From Raillietiella orientalis (lineage: Eukaryota): a DNA stretch of 64,000 nucleotides. The DNA is taken from the NCBI GenBank assembly GCA_036172245.1, contig JAYWIR010000037.1:558001-622000 (forward strand), in the 5' to 3' direction. Below, piece by piece: positions 50,502-64,000 of this stretch. The notes beneath the pieces are model-generated. The model was not told where the DNA came from and ran no database searches. It worked only from the letters and a program-made list of their open reading frames with translations. The position numbers and the translations under genes are program-made. The first letter of the stretch is position 1. The number at the start of each line of letters is the position of its first letter.

Positions 50502-53500
50502 TCAACCTAACTCAGCTTTTAGAAATTTTTGAAGATGATTCTGAGACCACCAAAGCTGGGAATGCAGCTCCTCAACTGGAGTTGATCTTATATGATTGCT
50601 AGCATTAGTGTCTTTGGATGATTCCGCTTTCAGTTGGTCCCTGATAGAAATATGAACACCACTTCTCATCAAGAACTTACTTACTTTTCTGATGAGACTA
50701 GATATTCGTAAAGAAGATCCTTAACCAGATGATCCACTGATGGCAAAGTATGAGCAGGTGCAACTAGCAACTAGCAACGAGAAATTAACGATCAACTCCA
50801 AAATTGTTACCTGCTGTATGCACGTGTTTGCTTGAACTAATGCATTTGGAGCAAAGGCATGCTGTGGCTGCATTACATCTTTGATATCATGTTCTGCTTG
50901 CAAGCTTTGCCAAGGAGTGATGAGTGAGCCCTTGTTGACAGACTCATGAGAACATGCTTGCTGATTGTCCGCCACAAGAGTTAGAAGTTGCTGCAGACAA
51001 GTTATTACATGAAAGGAATGAAGAAAATACTTACATGCAGTTCGGTAAGAAATACCAACTGTGATGTTTTCTGTCCAGGAAGCACACAAGAAGGAATCTC
51101 TTTATAAGGAACAAATACAGCAGCCAGTATGGAACAGTTAGTTGCTTGTTTATGGACATACAAAGGAAAAGGATGGCATGGTTCAAAAAGAATTAGCGTA
51201 GAATTATCTGTGATGAGCACCATGGTCTCAGATTGAAGATCTGCAGCCAAACAAGTGCTACTGATTGTCAGTTTCCATAGAAGACTACTCAATGCAACAT
51301 CCCAGACTGTCAAACTTTGTGGTGACCTCACTACTAAAAGTCTACAGCATTTTCCTTGACCAAAGCATATTTGGTCTATTGCAAAGTTATCTGCCACACA
51401 AGACAAAGTAGCAAGAAGCTGAACATCATCAACATCCCAAACAGTTACAATAGCATCAAAAGCCACAGCAAGCAGTGAACCATCACTGCTGAAGGCACAG
51501 TCCTGAGGGCACATACTTCTGAATTCATTAACACATATACAGCACCACATCTGATTCACCTCTGCAAGACAAATGATATGTTACTCTAGTACTCTAAAAA
51601 TCACATACTGCTGGACAACTCCTTCTGACGACATGACCAAAGTTTAAATTTTCTGTCTGGTGCACAACTAACAAGAAGATTTTCGACTGGTGAAAAAGTT
51701 AGAGCTGTCACAGAAGTCTCATGAGGCAACTCAACACAAGTATTAAGCTGGAATCTGATATAAGATTATGCAAATCTGGTACAAGATTATATAAAGTGGA
51801 TAGTGTTGCAAAACTACACATAAATAAACTTGCATACCTGCAGTTCTCCGATACCCATCGCCAAAACTTTAAGCGAACCTCCACAGCTGTCTGATTATCA
51901 TCCCTTTTTTCAACAGTGGCCATCCAAATACCATCTGAAGAAACAGCAACTTTCTCCACATCACAATTTACAACATGGCGTGTCCTCTCTTGGGTCAGGT
52001 AATTGCAGCCAACCACATCTACTAAATAAATAAGAACTGAAGAAATAAGACATTTCTTACCTAAGTTATATAAGTGCTTCCTCAAATGTGTGGAATAAAC
52101 TTGCAGGTAGCCAGGACGACCATTGAGCATAAGAGCTCGAGATCTATGAACATATGTCAGACCAGTGGGATAACAACTGGATGTCTGCCTGTTATGTGGT
52201 GAATGGAATGCTAGCCCTTGAATGTGTTGTACAATCTGACGACCAGCACTAATCAGCAAGATTGCTAACCAAGCAGAAATAATTTCAGTCAATTCCATTA
52301 TACTCACAATTATCCAAGTGAGATGATGCCACAAACTGGTTGTGTGGAGCAACAGCAACATGCCTAATGGGTTGTGGTAAACGAGGCAAAAACATGCGCT
52401 GCCCATCACGTAACAACCAATCTACCAGAACACATTCTCCTCCTCCACTAAAAAGATGACTGCCTACAGCCAATTGAACTTTGATCTTTTCCAACAATAC
52501 CATCCTGACTAAAGGCCAATGCACCGACTGGTAACGTGTGCCAATGCAGAATATTTTTTGTTGGGTGTGCATCAGTTGGATTATACCATAAAATCACCCT
52601 CCCAAGCTGATCTCCTGTGGCAACACAAAAATCACTGGGATGCCACGCAAGGCAAGTAAGTTCATTAGATCCATTATAATAGCTAGAAACAATAAAGCAT
52701 CATTTTGTTGACCTCTTTTTACCTTGTTTCCTTACAGGTGTGCAGTGAGTGAATCACAAGGTGACCTTTGGAAATAGCACCTAAATAATCTTCACGAGTT
52801 CTGATGCAGTAATGATCAGCCTTTACCAAGTGGGTTACAAGACTCAGAGAAGAAACCTTGGAATGTTCCACTAAATGCAACCTATGATATTTCATCTCTT
52901 TGCTTTTCATAGTGACAAAACATACTGATGAGGAGAGTGTGCTTTGGTGGAATGAAGTGAGCTCTCCTCTTACATTGTTCAAGTGTATGGTCTGCATACC
53001 CAAGAATACAATATATAAATTTTCCCCATAGTTACCTCGATCAAGTGACCTTGCATAAAATCCCACTTATACAAAACACCATTGTTAGTGCAAATGAGAC
53101 AGACCATAGGTTCATTTGCAAAAACACTTACACCAATTACAGTACTTTTCTGGGAACTCAATTCTCTTATGCATTCTCCACTGGTGCAACTCACAACTTT
53201 CACTGATTCATCAGCAATAACTAGCAAAATCCTGAATCATATACCATACAACTTGTAATTAAGTAGAAAGAACAATTCAAATACACAAAAAACAGATGTT
53301 ATACAAGCAATTACGACTTCACAGTACATTTAAAACAAAACCGTAGTTCTAGTACAAATATTTGAAGCTCAAAACAGTTAACAAGCTCATTAGATCTCAA
53401 TTGGCTTCCAAATGGTGATTCAATTAATGATCTAAACATGATTTATATTCGTCCCCCAAAACGATTTCCTTAAGTTGGATTTGGTTTGGATAATCAATCT

Positions 53501-54689
53501 TCTAATATTCACTTTTATTTTTCCATTCAATGGTCATTTAAATACCAGACTGTTCTCCTTTGCTTATAGTTTGTAATATCTTTTTGTTTTCCTATTAAAA
53601 GTGCTACACTTCCATTTTTATAACACCAAATAATTAAATATTTGGGATTTAAATATTAATTATGCGGAATTTCTGATATCTTTTAGTTCATAAACATTCA
53701 CACCTCTCAATACATAAATCTGTTTGTGGAATGTGACATCAAGAGTTGGTTGCATTTACTTTTAGTGGATATAGCAACCAGTACTGTTCAACTATTCATG
53801 CCACCTACAGGCAAAAAATGTTAGGTTTCTCTAATGCGCAAAATATTAATATTACAAAAACTCCCTTCCACATGCCTCAATGATGTTCATTTAATGATCC
53901 AATTAAGCTTTTCTTTTCAATTCCAATGCCAAAAACTCTGAGTAATGGAATTTATTTCTGAATTACTATGTCATGCAAAACAAAAAAATACCTTACAAGG
54001 AAAATTTCAAAGACCTGAACTGAAAGAAACTGATCTGACAATTTACGTGAACATTTTTTACTTACTTATCATGATGCATGACAAACACTACCTTGAAAAA
54101 ATTATTTTGGTAGTGATCAGTTTGTATGGAAAAAACGGGATAATTACAAAATAAAACCCAAATCATACTAACGTGAACGAACATTCTAATTTCCAAAATT
54201 ATTTTCTCAATAATTTCTGAACTACATAAGCGCCCTGGTTTGTTAAACTTGCTGCAATTCCACATGTGGAAAAGCATTAAAGACCTGAAACAACGATTAA
54301 TATAAAAACACCAAAGCAATCACATCATAATCATAGTTTGTATCCCCGACGAATGATACAATGCGAGATATTACCCTACGATGCAAAATATGAAGCAAAA
54401 TCGCAAAATGACTCCATCTGACAGCAACTTAAATAAAATTCCAATAAAGAACACAAATTCATAATTCTAAACAAAACAAATGAACCCCAATAAAAATAAA
54501 TGCCAACTGAACCATATCACAGGGTTAACTTGAAGTATCAAATCAGCATACAAACATCACATCAACTATTAAAAAATGTACCAAAGGATTTCAATGTGCT
54601 TACTTGGAATCGATGGAAAACACCGGAGGAAATTTTATGAGGTTCTCCCCAGCTAGCTGAACGATTGTTCCTTCAGAAGTTGAATGCAT
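50502..54689 (-). CDS. WDR75: WD repeat-containing protein 75 (UTP17/NAN1, t-UTP subcomplex of the SSU processome); 12 exons, 783 aa. Exons: 54689-54604, 53231-53036, 52991-52723, 52682-52501, 52463-52308, 52264-52061, 52018-51838, 51754-51609, 51561-51035, 50990-50811, 50770-50685, 50640-50502
   Basis: All introns are GT-AG with consistent phases. Motifs include 'PPVFSIDSK', 'LHWHTLPVGALAFSQDGSHLFSGGGECVLV', 'FLPRL', 'LNGRPGYLQVY', 'LKFW', 'AFSSDGSLLAVAF' and 'PAHTLPS'. Confidence 0.93.
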
Positions 54690-56479
54690 TTTTTACATTT
54701 ACTTTCTGCATTTCGGGGGTTCCCTGCATGCTTCTGCTACGCCTCACATGTCCTTATTCACTAACAGTATTATCAGGTGATCGGAAAACGAATTCTTTTT
54801 TTAAAATCTATCACCAACAGAACAAACTACGTCTTGAATCTGAGATTAATGAAACAAGGATATGCTTTTAAAAAGGTAAAATCGTGATTAAGTCAAGAAG
54901 AATTCTTAAATAATAAAATTTCCATTATCTGGGAATCGTTTATTCTAGGTTCTAATATATTGCATGCACATCCAGTCAAGTTGCTGATCATCTCATCTTT
55001 TGGTATTTTTCTCATTTTCTATTTAGCGATAAGTTATTAAAGTTGGTATGGTACCTTTGCTCCCATTTGATGACACATTCTTCAGGGATATTCTTATATC
55101 ATCATCTATGCAATTCATATTTTAAAAAACTGCTGTATGACATATTTGCTAAAATAAGGATCTACACTTCTGAATTCACAATGTTTTTCATCCATTATCC
55201 CTATGCAAACAGTTGTCCTTGTGCCTCCACTTACAATAATCAATTATTATCAAATGCACATCGAATTTCAAGAGAATATATATATATATACGTTGGTCTC
55301 TGATGAACTGCGAAATAGCAAAAGCATTGCAAAAATATTCCGTCAGCATTTCACAGATATTCCGAGATTAAGTTTTTGGGTTCTATACTGATCCCTTCAT
55401 TTATATAGAAACTGTATACAATTATGGCCAGTGATATCTGTAGATTTGTGTAGACCTTTTACTAGAAAATGTGAGTAATATGAAACAACAGGTTTTTGAT
55501 ATTCAGGAATTCCATTACAATGAAATTTTTGAGTGTGTAAACCAAATCCCAATTTATAAATTTTCTTGTAATATCGATGTTCCCATCGTTACCATACAGG
55601 TGAAAGCAAGCTGCCTTAACTCAATGCTCTGAAGAGTCTTCTAAAGTACTGAAGGATGACATGAGGCATCTTGAAATAAACATCATATTTCTGCTTCCTG
55701 AAATAAGTGATGCTTCTGTCACTCCAACAGAGACAGTCTTTTCATATATTCATTCAAGGAATTTAGTGACTGTTGCCTAAAACAATGATCTGAAGTTCAT
55801 ATGTGTACAAAATTCTCGTCTCTCAAAACAAAAAGTCAGACGAAATATTGCATTGAATGAGAGAGGATTTGGAGATTATTACTTAGTGGTTTGCATTACT
55901 CGGGATAATTTAATTGAAAATTTGACTTTCAACCTAAATTTGAGATTAGATTTAATCTTCTAATGAAGTTATTTTAGCTTTCCATCTACTTTCCAGTGAT
56001 GTTGAAACTTGTATCTGATGCTCTTGTCACCACTGTGAACTGAAACATATGATTGTGTTATCCTCGTAAAACTTTGTATGCAAATAGAACTGCCATCTGA
56101 ATACTATTAATGCATACCTTAGAAACTAGTTACTGGAAGAATGAAATATCTGCAGAAATGAACGAATGCACGAATGTACGTCTGTTATCATCATAAACAA
56201 TTCAATATTTACAGTTCAAACAGTACTTTTGGGATTGGATGGGGGGGGGGGACATTTACAATAACGATTTCAATAAAAGAGAAATACCTTATTTCTTTAC
56301 TGAAGGAAACTCGATGCATGCAGCTATATCATCCGAAAAGAACATTCGTAATAATGATGCTATGAAGTGGCTTAGAACGAAGTTCTCTATAAATTGCGGA
56401 ATAAAAACCTCCAAAAAGTGTATAAAGAGATAAGAGTTTAGTTGAAAACGGAGACTTCGGATTTATGGACACTTTATTT

Positions 56480-59160
56480 TCAGGATCCTATCAGTAGATT
56501 TCTAGATGTCAAGATCTAATTAATGGATCTAGAAAAGATTAAAGAAATAGATTGAAGAAATGCTCTGAGAATAACATAAATTACATACGGAAAATGCTTT
56601 TGAAGATGTCCTTTTCGAAAAACAATAGTTTCAAAATACTTTTTCTTGTATAAAGATTTTAGTTATTCAGAAACTGAAGATTTTATAACTTTTCAAAAAC
56701 AGTCACCAATGCAATGAATCTTAAAGCAAACTACGCATAAAAGAGATTATGATGATCAGAGATTTCGAATTTCTGAATATTAAAGAACCAAAAAATGAAT
56801 TGTCTTAGTAAGTTCTCAGGGAAGACGAAATCCTTTGTCCTGTATCTTGATCTTTAATAAGGCTACATATTTAACGAATTGAGTTGACGAGAGTGTAAAT
56901 CAAAGGAAGAATCAAAATTTGCAAATAATTGTAGCTCTAATACTCGTCGCTTGGGTTCCTTCCTTTCACGTAAAAGTATTCTGAAAAGGAAATGACAGAA
57001 GTGCCTCCACTGTGTAAGCGCAGAATGCTACGAGCTTAAAAGGTAATTTCAATACATCTTTCAGAGTAAAATAAGTGCTAGGTAAAACATATGCTCCTAC
57101 TGGATATATTTTGCTCCTACTGGTTGTTGCCACTTGCATAAACATGTTATGAAAGTTTAATATAAATAGTTTAATGTATGCCTTGCATTCGATCAAATCT
57201 ATGATGTGTTAATTCCAAAATTATCAGAATTTTCATGGTTGTAATTAAATTAAATTGCGATAGCAGCCTTCGAAACAATGAAGGATTAATGCATTCGAAT
57301 TATTAAAGTATTTGAATGCTCGGTTTCTCTTACGATTATTATGCTCGGTTATTTTTACGATTTTTGAAAAATCACGGAGCTTTCACTAAGACATACATCT
57401 GGAATAAGTGGACCTGACCATGTTTTGTGTAGCCTCTCAGTGTATGCACCACAGTGTCACATTTCTGTTTGTTTTCACACCACGTGGAAAGTGGTGTGAA
57501 ACACAATGATTCTTAAAGGAAAAGGATGCAGATATGCATCAGCAAATGAATTTTATAGGTCCACGGAAGATGCAGAACAAGGAAAGTGATTGTTGATTGA
57601 GGTTTATCTGCTGGAGAAAAAAAAAGATATCTAATTTATTTACTCGTATGTTCGTAGACCCTTCCAACTGTTCTCTTCATTCTCTGGCGGTCCGTTTTTC
57701 CAACATTTTCGTAATCCCGTACTTCGGGGCATTCACAGATTTGCTGAGACTCATATATATGAGCAATATTTATTTTGAGCGCTGATAAAATGTACGTACA
57801 ACATGTACGTCGTTGAAGTTTTTTGTTGTTAACGGCACATGCATTATTCATGCCAACGTACAATCTTGAATCAGAGTTCAGAAAGTCCAACATTAGTGTG
57901 CTAAAGTCAATGTGGAATTTTCTAAAAGAGTTGGTGAATATTGTTTTTTCCCCAGGCATTCTTTTCAAGATTTGAGATTAATTAAGAAAATTAAGCAAGA
58001 AGAATAAAGCAAAAGAGGCAGCAACATCTAGTGAGCTTGCTGTCCATGGGTACTGGAAAATCGAGGAAAACGAGGAAAAAAAAAGTTCTTAAATTGGTGA
58101 AACATGCTTGATTTTCAGTTGAACATTAAGATGATCACATCTTAAGGGATGAATTTTCGGCCCTGAAGAGTTCGTCATGATCCGGATTTTACTCAACTTC
58201 TTCACATGTAGTTTATGAATAGCTGAGATCATAGGACGAATTGATACTTGTAAATATAGACATGTTTTGCATATCTGAAAAGCAAACGAAAAATGAAAGC
58301 ACTTTCATAGCAATAAGTCCGAGGTTTTGCAATATAAATCAGTAGCAGTGTGACAGAAGAATATCGTTTGAGTGAAAGCCAACTCTACTTGATGCAAACA
58401 TTTCAGACTTTCTGTCTCAGAAATGAACTGACAAAACAAAAAAAAACATTCATTTGTGCCATTGATGCTTCCATAATAGATGCGTAACGACTTCGTAACG
58501 AAGGGAACCAAGTGAAGATCAAAATGAAAGTCGGAGCTTCCGAAATCAGTTTGGTACATAAGAATGTTGCCCCCTTGAATAATCTCTAGGTTTAAGCCAG
58601 CAAAAGGAAATCTTCCACGCATCCTTGAATAAAATGCACGTTTTCTTGTGAGTCCTCATGCAAATATGAAAACCAGTTCGCAGAATGTTTCATAACGTGC
58701 ATTTTCTTTCCGCAATCGTGAAATGATACGTTTAAATTCATGTTTATGTTAACAGTTCAGAGGGATGAACGGGAATTGTTCTTTTCACTAGATAAGAAAG
58801 CAAAACAGCATTAATGAAAGCTCAAGACTTTGCAAGTCATTAACCCTCAGAGCAAACAAGCACATTATCAAAAAGCAAATTGGAAGTAGCAAAGTTATCT
58901 GTAGATTTCCCAAAATAAGTATAGTAAGATGTTTGTTCTTGTTGGGAATCTATTTAGCTGGTTCGAAATCTGATTCAGATAAAAGATTACCTACATCCAA
59001 TCATTCCGAAGATAGGATCCTGGAAATTTTTGAGCAAATTTCGAAAACACTCCTGACTAAAAAACAAGAGAGATTTTCGAGAATGATGGATAACACGGTG
59101 TTCCAAATCAACCGTGTCAATTGGATTCCGGATAGAAAAACTTTGGTATTCTTTCTGTGA
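56480..59160 (+). pseudogene. Possible decayed LRR-protein gene
   Basis: Interrupted fragments 'ENNINYI / ENAFEDVLFEK..FQNT', 'QKLKIL*LFKN', 'GNQVKI..GA' and 'LVRNLI', plus splice-like sites (ttttcag at 56483, gtaag...tatttag at 58924-58957). Many stops; support is weak. Confidence 0.3.
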
Positions 59161-60649
59161 GAAGACTATGAAAATGGATCATCCTCTAGGATTGATTCCA
59201 ATGAGAAGGCCCAAGATGCACTGTATTTTTAGTTCTCCAGAACAGTCGTGATTATTTTTGATCACTTATCGGAAATCTTGGTTACTACCCGAGCTACATT
59301 TGATCAACGAAATTTTTTTTTCCATCTCCTACCGTCCGATGCTTGAAAAAATAAATTAAACCACGTAATTTGTATCCCATGACAATGAAGTACAACTCTT
59401 TTTTTGTTATTTCAATTTTAAATCCGAGCAGCTAAAATCCTTATGACGCTATTTTCCGTTGAATACTGGGAGTAGATGGAGCATATGAATAAAAGAACAT
59501 GATATATGAATTAGGCTATCATCGTTCTCAACTGTGTTCTATCCCCGAAATGAGTCCTGAGACATGTTCAAATGCTCATCGAAACATTACTTAAAGATGC
59601 ATATTCCTAGGGCATATACATCACTAATTTCCAAGTAATGCACGTCACACGTTCTCGTCCACACGTACTTTGATAAACGAAAGATTAAATTCTTACGTCA
59701 GCATCGTTACTTTAGGAGAATCGATGGAAACCACCAGTATGTCCATAAAAAAAAAAACCTGCTATGACAACAGCCCTGTTTAAGGTAGCTGCTTTCGTCG
59801 AGACAGAAAGTAGCAAGATTAAGAAGAGTATTCTGTTGAAAACATATCTCTGTTTTGACGACCTTAAATTGAGGAAAAACCAACGAATAATAATTTCCTA
59901 TCGTAATTGCCATCGATAGCTGGTGTTAAAAAATACAAATACCTAATATAGAATTCAAATGACTTCCGTAAAAAAAAGGCAATGCTAATTTTTGGCAAAC
60001 AGCCATCAAGCTCTCAGCTAGGTGGAATGTTGTCAGAATGCAACTCTTCATGTAAAGCTTGAACAACAGTTCAACCGAAGAACAGTTTGGTATGTTTGAT
60101 TCCGAATGCAGAAACATCGTACCAGTGTGCACCAACATCTGTGACTGAGTGTTAGAATGCTGCTCTTCAGTGTCCTTTCTATTTGCCTAGGAACGGGAGG
60201 GTGGGGTGGAAAAGAGAAATAAAGCACAGGAAAAGAGATATCACTGAGAGAGAACAATGAAATACAGATTGTAGGGTGGAGTCTGGAGTTGTATCACAAT
60301 TGTAATTCGCAACTTCACAATAAATGTCCTCACTCCATATTTGCGTGGAAAATTGTTTATAGGGATAACTTTGGGATAACATTTACTTTGGTCGACAGCT
60401 CCGCAATCGCCGCTAACATCTATCGCACAGCGATAGATGAGCATAATGATCATTCGACAGCATCTGAATCAAACTTCCAACTTTTCAATCCAAAAGAAAG
60501 TATCCTCCTGAGTTACATTTCACCTAGTTGTCGAGTTTCAAGAGTTTGTGGAGTTTCTGGCTTCTGTTGGTTATGGGTAGAATAAATGGGAGAGATTTAA
60601 CAAAGTAAAATGATACTTTAATATTCTTATGAGATATCACAATAATTGC

Positions 60650-63600
60650 TTAGTGGGTTTCGTTCAGAATTTGGCGTAAAATTTCGGAGGATGGGGGTCG
60701 CAACATGGGCAATGAAGCTGTCATAGGTCTCAATACATTTGGATTACTTAAGGACATGCCCTCATCGTTTCTGGTTGCTTCCTGCAACAAAACTGTTGGA
60801 ATGATCATTTCAAAACTTATTCACCATCGCTACGCAATCAGGCGTTGGCAGTTCCGGAGTGATTTTCTGAATCGGTAATTGAAAGGTTGCTTGAGGTTTC
60901 GATTCTCGTTCCAAAAATTGCACAAATGCTTCTGTTATTGACTGCAATACCAGGATTAATACTTCTACATCTTGGAATTGAAAAACACATTACTATTTGT
61001 GCATCTTGTTCAAATGCTGCCAACCACGATGTTCCTTTTCCAGGAGTGAGTCCTAGTCTTACCTGTTCTTCTTCCTTCAGCTCCAAAACATGTGCTATGA
61101 TCTGCAGAATGTCTGTTTTTTGTGTTTTGGATGCAGCGAAATAATTCAGAAATAAGTTTTTGAAGATTTCTCTAACAGAAGATGCGAAAGTTACTTTATA
61201 AGTTGTCAGAAAACTCACTTGTCAACCTGAGACTGCTGACCAACCTTCCAATTATCCAGGGTCTGCTTGGTTTTCTTAAGCTCTTGCTCTCGAATGCTCA
61301 CTTCAATAGGAGAAAATGAAAATAGAATCAGTTAACTCCAAAACAAGGTGGTTGCACAATACAAAAAAAAAAAAAAGCTGTCAGAAGCACAGTTTGGAGG
61401 TAGAATTTGGTCGCTGGGCAGCAGAGTATAACTCAGGCACTGGACACATTCTCATCAGTACCTGATGTAATACTCAGCCTCCCATGGACAGTCATGCACT
61501 TCATGCACAGCACTACACTTGCACTATGTCGCACATGCTCTATTCAGGAGTAAGCAGGGACAAGGAGCAAAGCAACTCATGGAGTAATCTGAGTTATATA
61601 CCTGCTCAGAATTACCCCATGAGATTACTTTAATCCACTCACAACGAGAAGCAACTTCCATTAGTTATAAGCAACAGCCTCTGCAAGACTGACAGGAGCA
61701 GCAAACAGTCTTGCAATAATAACAAACTATCTACTCAGTTCCTGTGCCATGCCCTTCTGCAAAGCAGTACACTCTTTTGTCTCAACAATACTCTGATTTA
61801 ACACCAACAATTGTCATCAGCTACTCCACTGCTAACTTCTTAAACATGTAAGCATTCATTACGTACCTTCCTCTTGAAGTTCACGGATGGTTTTTTCTTG
61901 TTGTGATACTTGCTGCGATAACTCAGATTTCTTCTGCGATTCTCGCTTCATAGTCTCTAGTTCCACCTAAATATACAATAAAATAAAAAGTCTTTGCTGG
62001 GCACACACAAACCTGAAGTAAACTGATATCTTTTTCCAATGTTGCACACTTAACTTGCAAGTCATGCTGCTGCTGCTCGAAACATCCTTTTAATGCTTCA
62101 ATTTCGTTTTCTTTTGTGCGATGAAAATGGTCGAGAACACTCTGGAGGTTACTTAAGCATTTTGCGTTTTCTTCTTTACATTCTTCCACTCTAGACAGCT
62201 TGCTGATCAAAAGATTCCGTTCTTGGATAACATCTGATAATTCTTGTTTAGCTATTTCCAATTGTTGAGCAAATTGCAGACTTCAATTATATTTTTACAG
62301 ACGTATACTTCTGCAGAGTGTCTTACCTACTATTATTATAACACTGGGCTAGGCATTCTGCTTCTCGCAAATTGTTTTTTAATATTTGTTCTCGTTTTTC
62401 CCAACTGATTACTTGTTCTTCGTAAGAGGAATTCACTTCCAACAAATGAGCCTTGAGTCGATCCACATCAAGCTTCAACTTTTCATTTTGATTTTCTAGA
62501 TGCTGCAACTAAGAAAAGGTACAGCTTTCAGGGACAAGGACATCATGCCTACCTTTTCTGCAAGATGATTATCACAGTGTTTCGCTGCTAAATGATCTGT
62601 ATCATTAATATGTGTGGAATCCACAGTATCATCTAACACACGAGTAATTTCATTGTAATCTTTTCCATTATCAGGGTGCGATTCTGAGTGATTATGATGG
62701 AGTGATGCTAAATCTACATCAGAAAGTTCTTGTTGCAATTGAGTGATACGTATTTCCATGTCATTTTTCTCTATTTGCATATACTCTAAATTCTTCCGAG
62801 TTTCTTCTAAACGGGCTGATAATTCATTGGATACTTGGGAAGCATTGCGAAATTTATTCTGCTCATCTTCAAGCTTCTGCACGAGTTGCTGTATTTCTTC
62901 CTGTAAATATTGATTCTCTTGTTCTTGCTTTTTTAATGATTCCAAAATGTGCTGACGATCACTCTGATAAGCCAGTATCTGCTTTTTGAGTTCAGCACTG
63001 GTTTTATGAAAATCAGTCATCTCCTTTTCTGTTGTCTTATTCTGTGATTGTTGCGATTTCTCAGCTTCGGCAAGTTTCGATTTTAAATCGCTATTGAGAG
63101 ACCTTTCTAAGGCAACGGTGTTGATCAGTTGATGGTTCGCAGATTTTAAGCGATTGTTCTCCTGAGATTTCTCATTTAGAACTGACTTTAAAAGTTCTAG
63201 TTGATTTTCTAATTCCTTCATTTTTCTTTCAGCTTCAGTCTTTGACACTGCCAATGATGCGGTTTCTTCTTGTAGATTTTTATACATGTTCTCGAAATTA
63301 TTTAGCTTCTGTTGATTTTCAGAATCAATAATAGCGCTGCTTGACGTAATTTGTGCGATTTCGCTTTGCAATTGCTTGATTTTCTGATCAAGTCGAGAAA
63401 TAATCCATTCAGCATCTGGTGGTTCTTCACAACTGTTTTCTGGATTACAGGCTTTCCAAAATGTGATCAGTTTATCTTTCAAATCATTAGAAATCTCAGA
63501 ACTCGAATTTTTCTGTCTAAGTCTGATGCTACTGTTTTCCACTGCTATTCTTTGTATTGCTTCAGCCTTTTCACAAATGTTTAAGCTCATCATTTTTAAA

Positions 63601-63970
63601 AGTGCCTCGATTTCTTCTTTCTTAATTACACTGATCATTAAGTGCGATTTTAAAGTATGGTTTATTTGCTCATTTTCAGTTAACGATCTCTCTAGTTCAT
63701 TTTTGCAATTCTGCAAATGATCTACCTTTTGCTCTAGTTTCGTTATGTTTTCTTTAAGTTCGAGTACTAACTGAGATGCTTCGGATTGTTCTCTTAACAT
63801 GACACAATTTTCTTCCAGCTTCTTTCTAAGTGCTATATTTTCATTCTTAAATTCTTTTTTTTTTTGTTTTAAAGACTGAATTTTGGGGACAACTTCGGCT
63901 AATTCTGTTTCAACGCTAACTGCTTTGTGTTTAAGTACTTCGTATTCTCGAGAAAATGAAGAAAGCACAT
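60650..63970 (-). CDS. TRIP11: TRIP11/GMAP-210-like golgin, 3' part (5' end beyond the window). Exons: 63970-62553, 62502-62327, 62280-62013, 61966-61867, 61300-61219, 61171-60994, 60941-60825, 60781-60650
   Basis: Long coiled coil; GRAB domain 'VDKEIFKNLFLNYFAASKTQKTDILQIIAHVL'; GA1 motif 'SITEAFVQFLERES'; C-terminus 'VLRPMTASLP...ILRQILNETH*'. GT-AG introns are in phase; the last donor (60825 versus 60834) is ambiguous. Confidence 0.88.
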
Positions 63971-64000
63971 CTAGACTATCAGAAAACGTTTTAGGATTTG

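Noticed and set aside
57473..57501. 11-bp perfect hairpin TTTCACACCAC/GTGGTGTGAAA
   Set aside because: A single short inverted repeat with no TSD, second copy or supporting context.

Overview
Eukaryotic genomic DNA, very likely arthropod because it carries a kekkon-family gene; the species cannot be determined from the sequence. It has two sharply different compartments. (1) About 1-49.5 kb is GC- and CpG-rich. It holds one intact gene, an intronless kekkon-5-like LRR-Ig receptor (33276-35450, minus). Around it lie many heavily decayed non-LTR retrotransposons of L1/Tx1 type, recognisable from remnants of CCHC ORF1, APE endonuclease, RT, the GGLG thumb and zf-RVT motifs. Three copies of a structured tRNA-headed element also occur here; they continue into an L1/Tx1 ORF2 C-terminal tail. 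Three element ends share a 3' terminus of AATAAA followed by a CCCGG-N5-CCGGG hairpin, with no poly(A). (2) About 50-64 kb is AT-rich and CpG-poor. It holds a complete 12-exon WDR75/UTP17 gene and the 3' part of a TRIP11/GMAP-210 golgin gene, both on minus and both built with very short introns (mostly 37-52 nt). A possible LRR pseudogene lies between them. Most ORFs in the supplied track over the GC-rich part are spurious. The best candidate for an undescribed system is the tRNA-headed, L1/Tx1-tailed non-autonomous element with its hairpin-terminated partner LINE. All motif assignments were made by eye; no searches were run.
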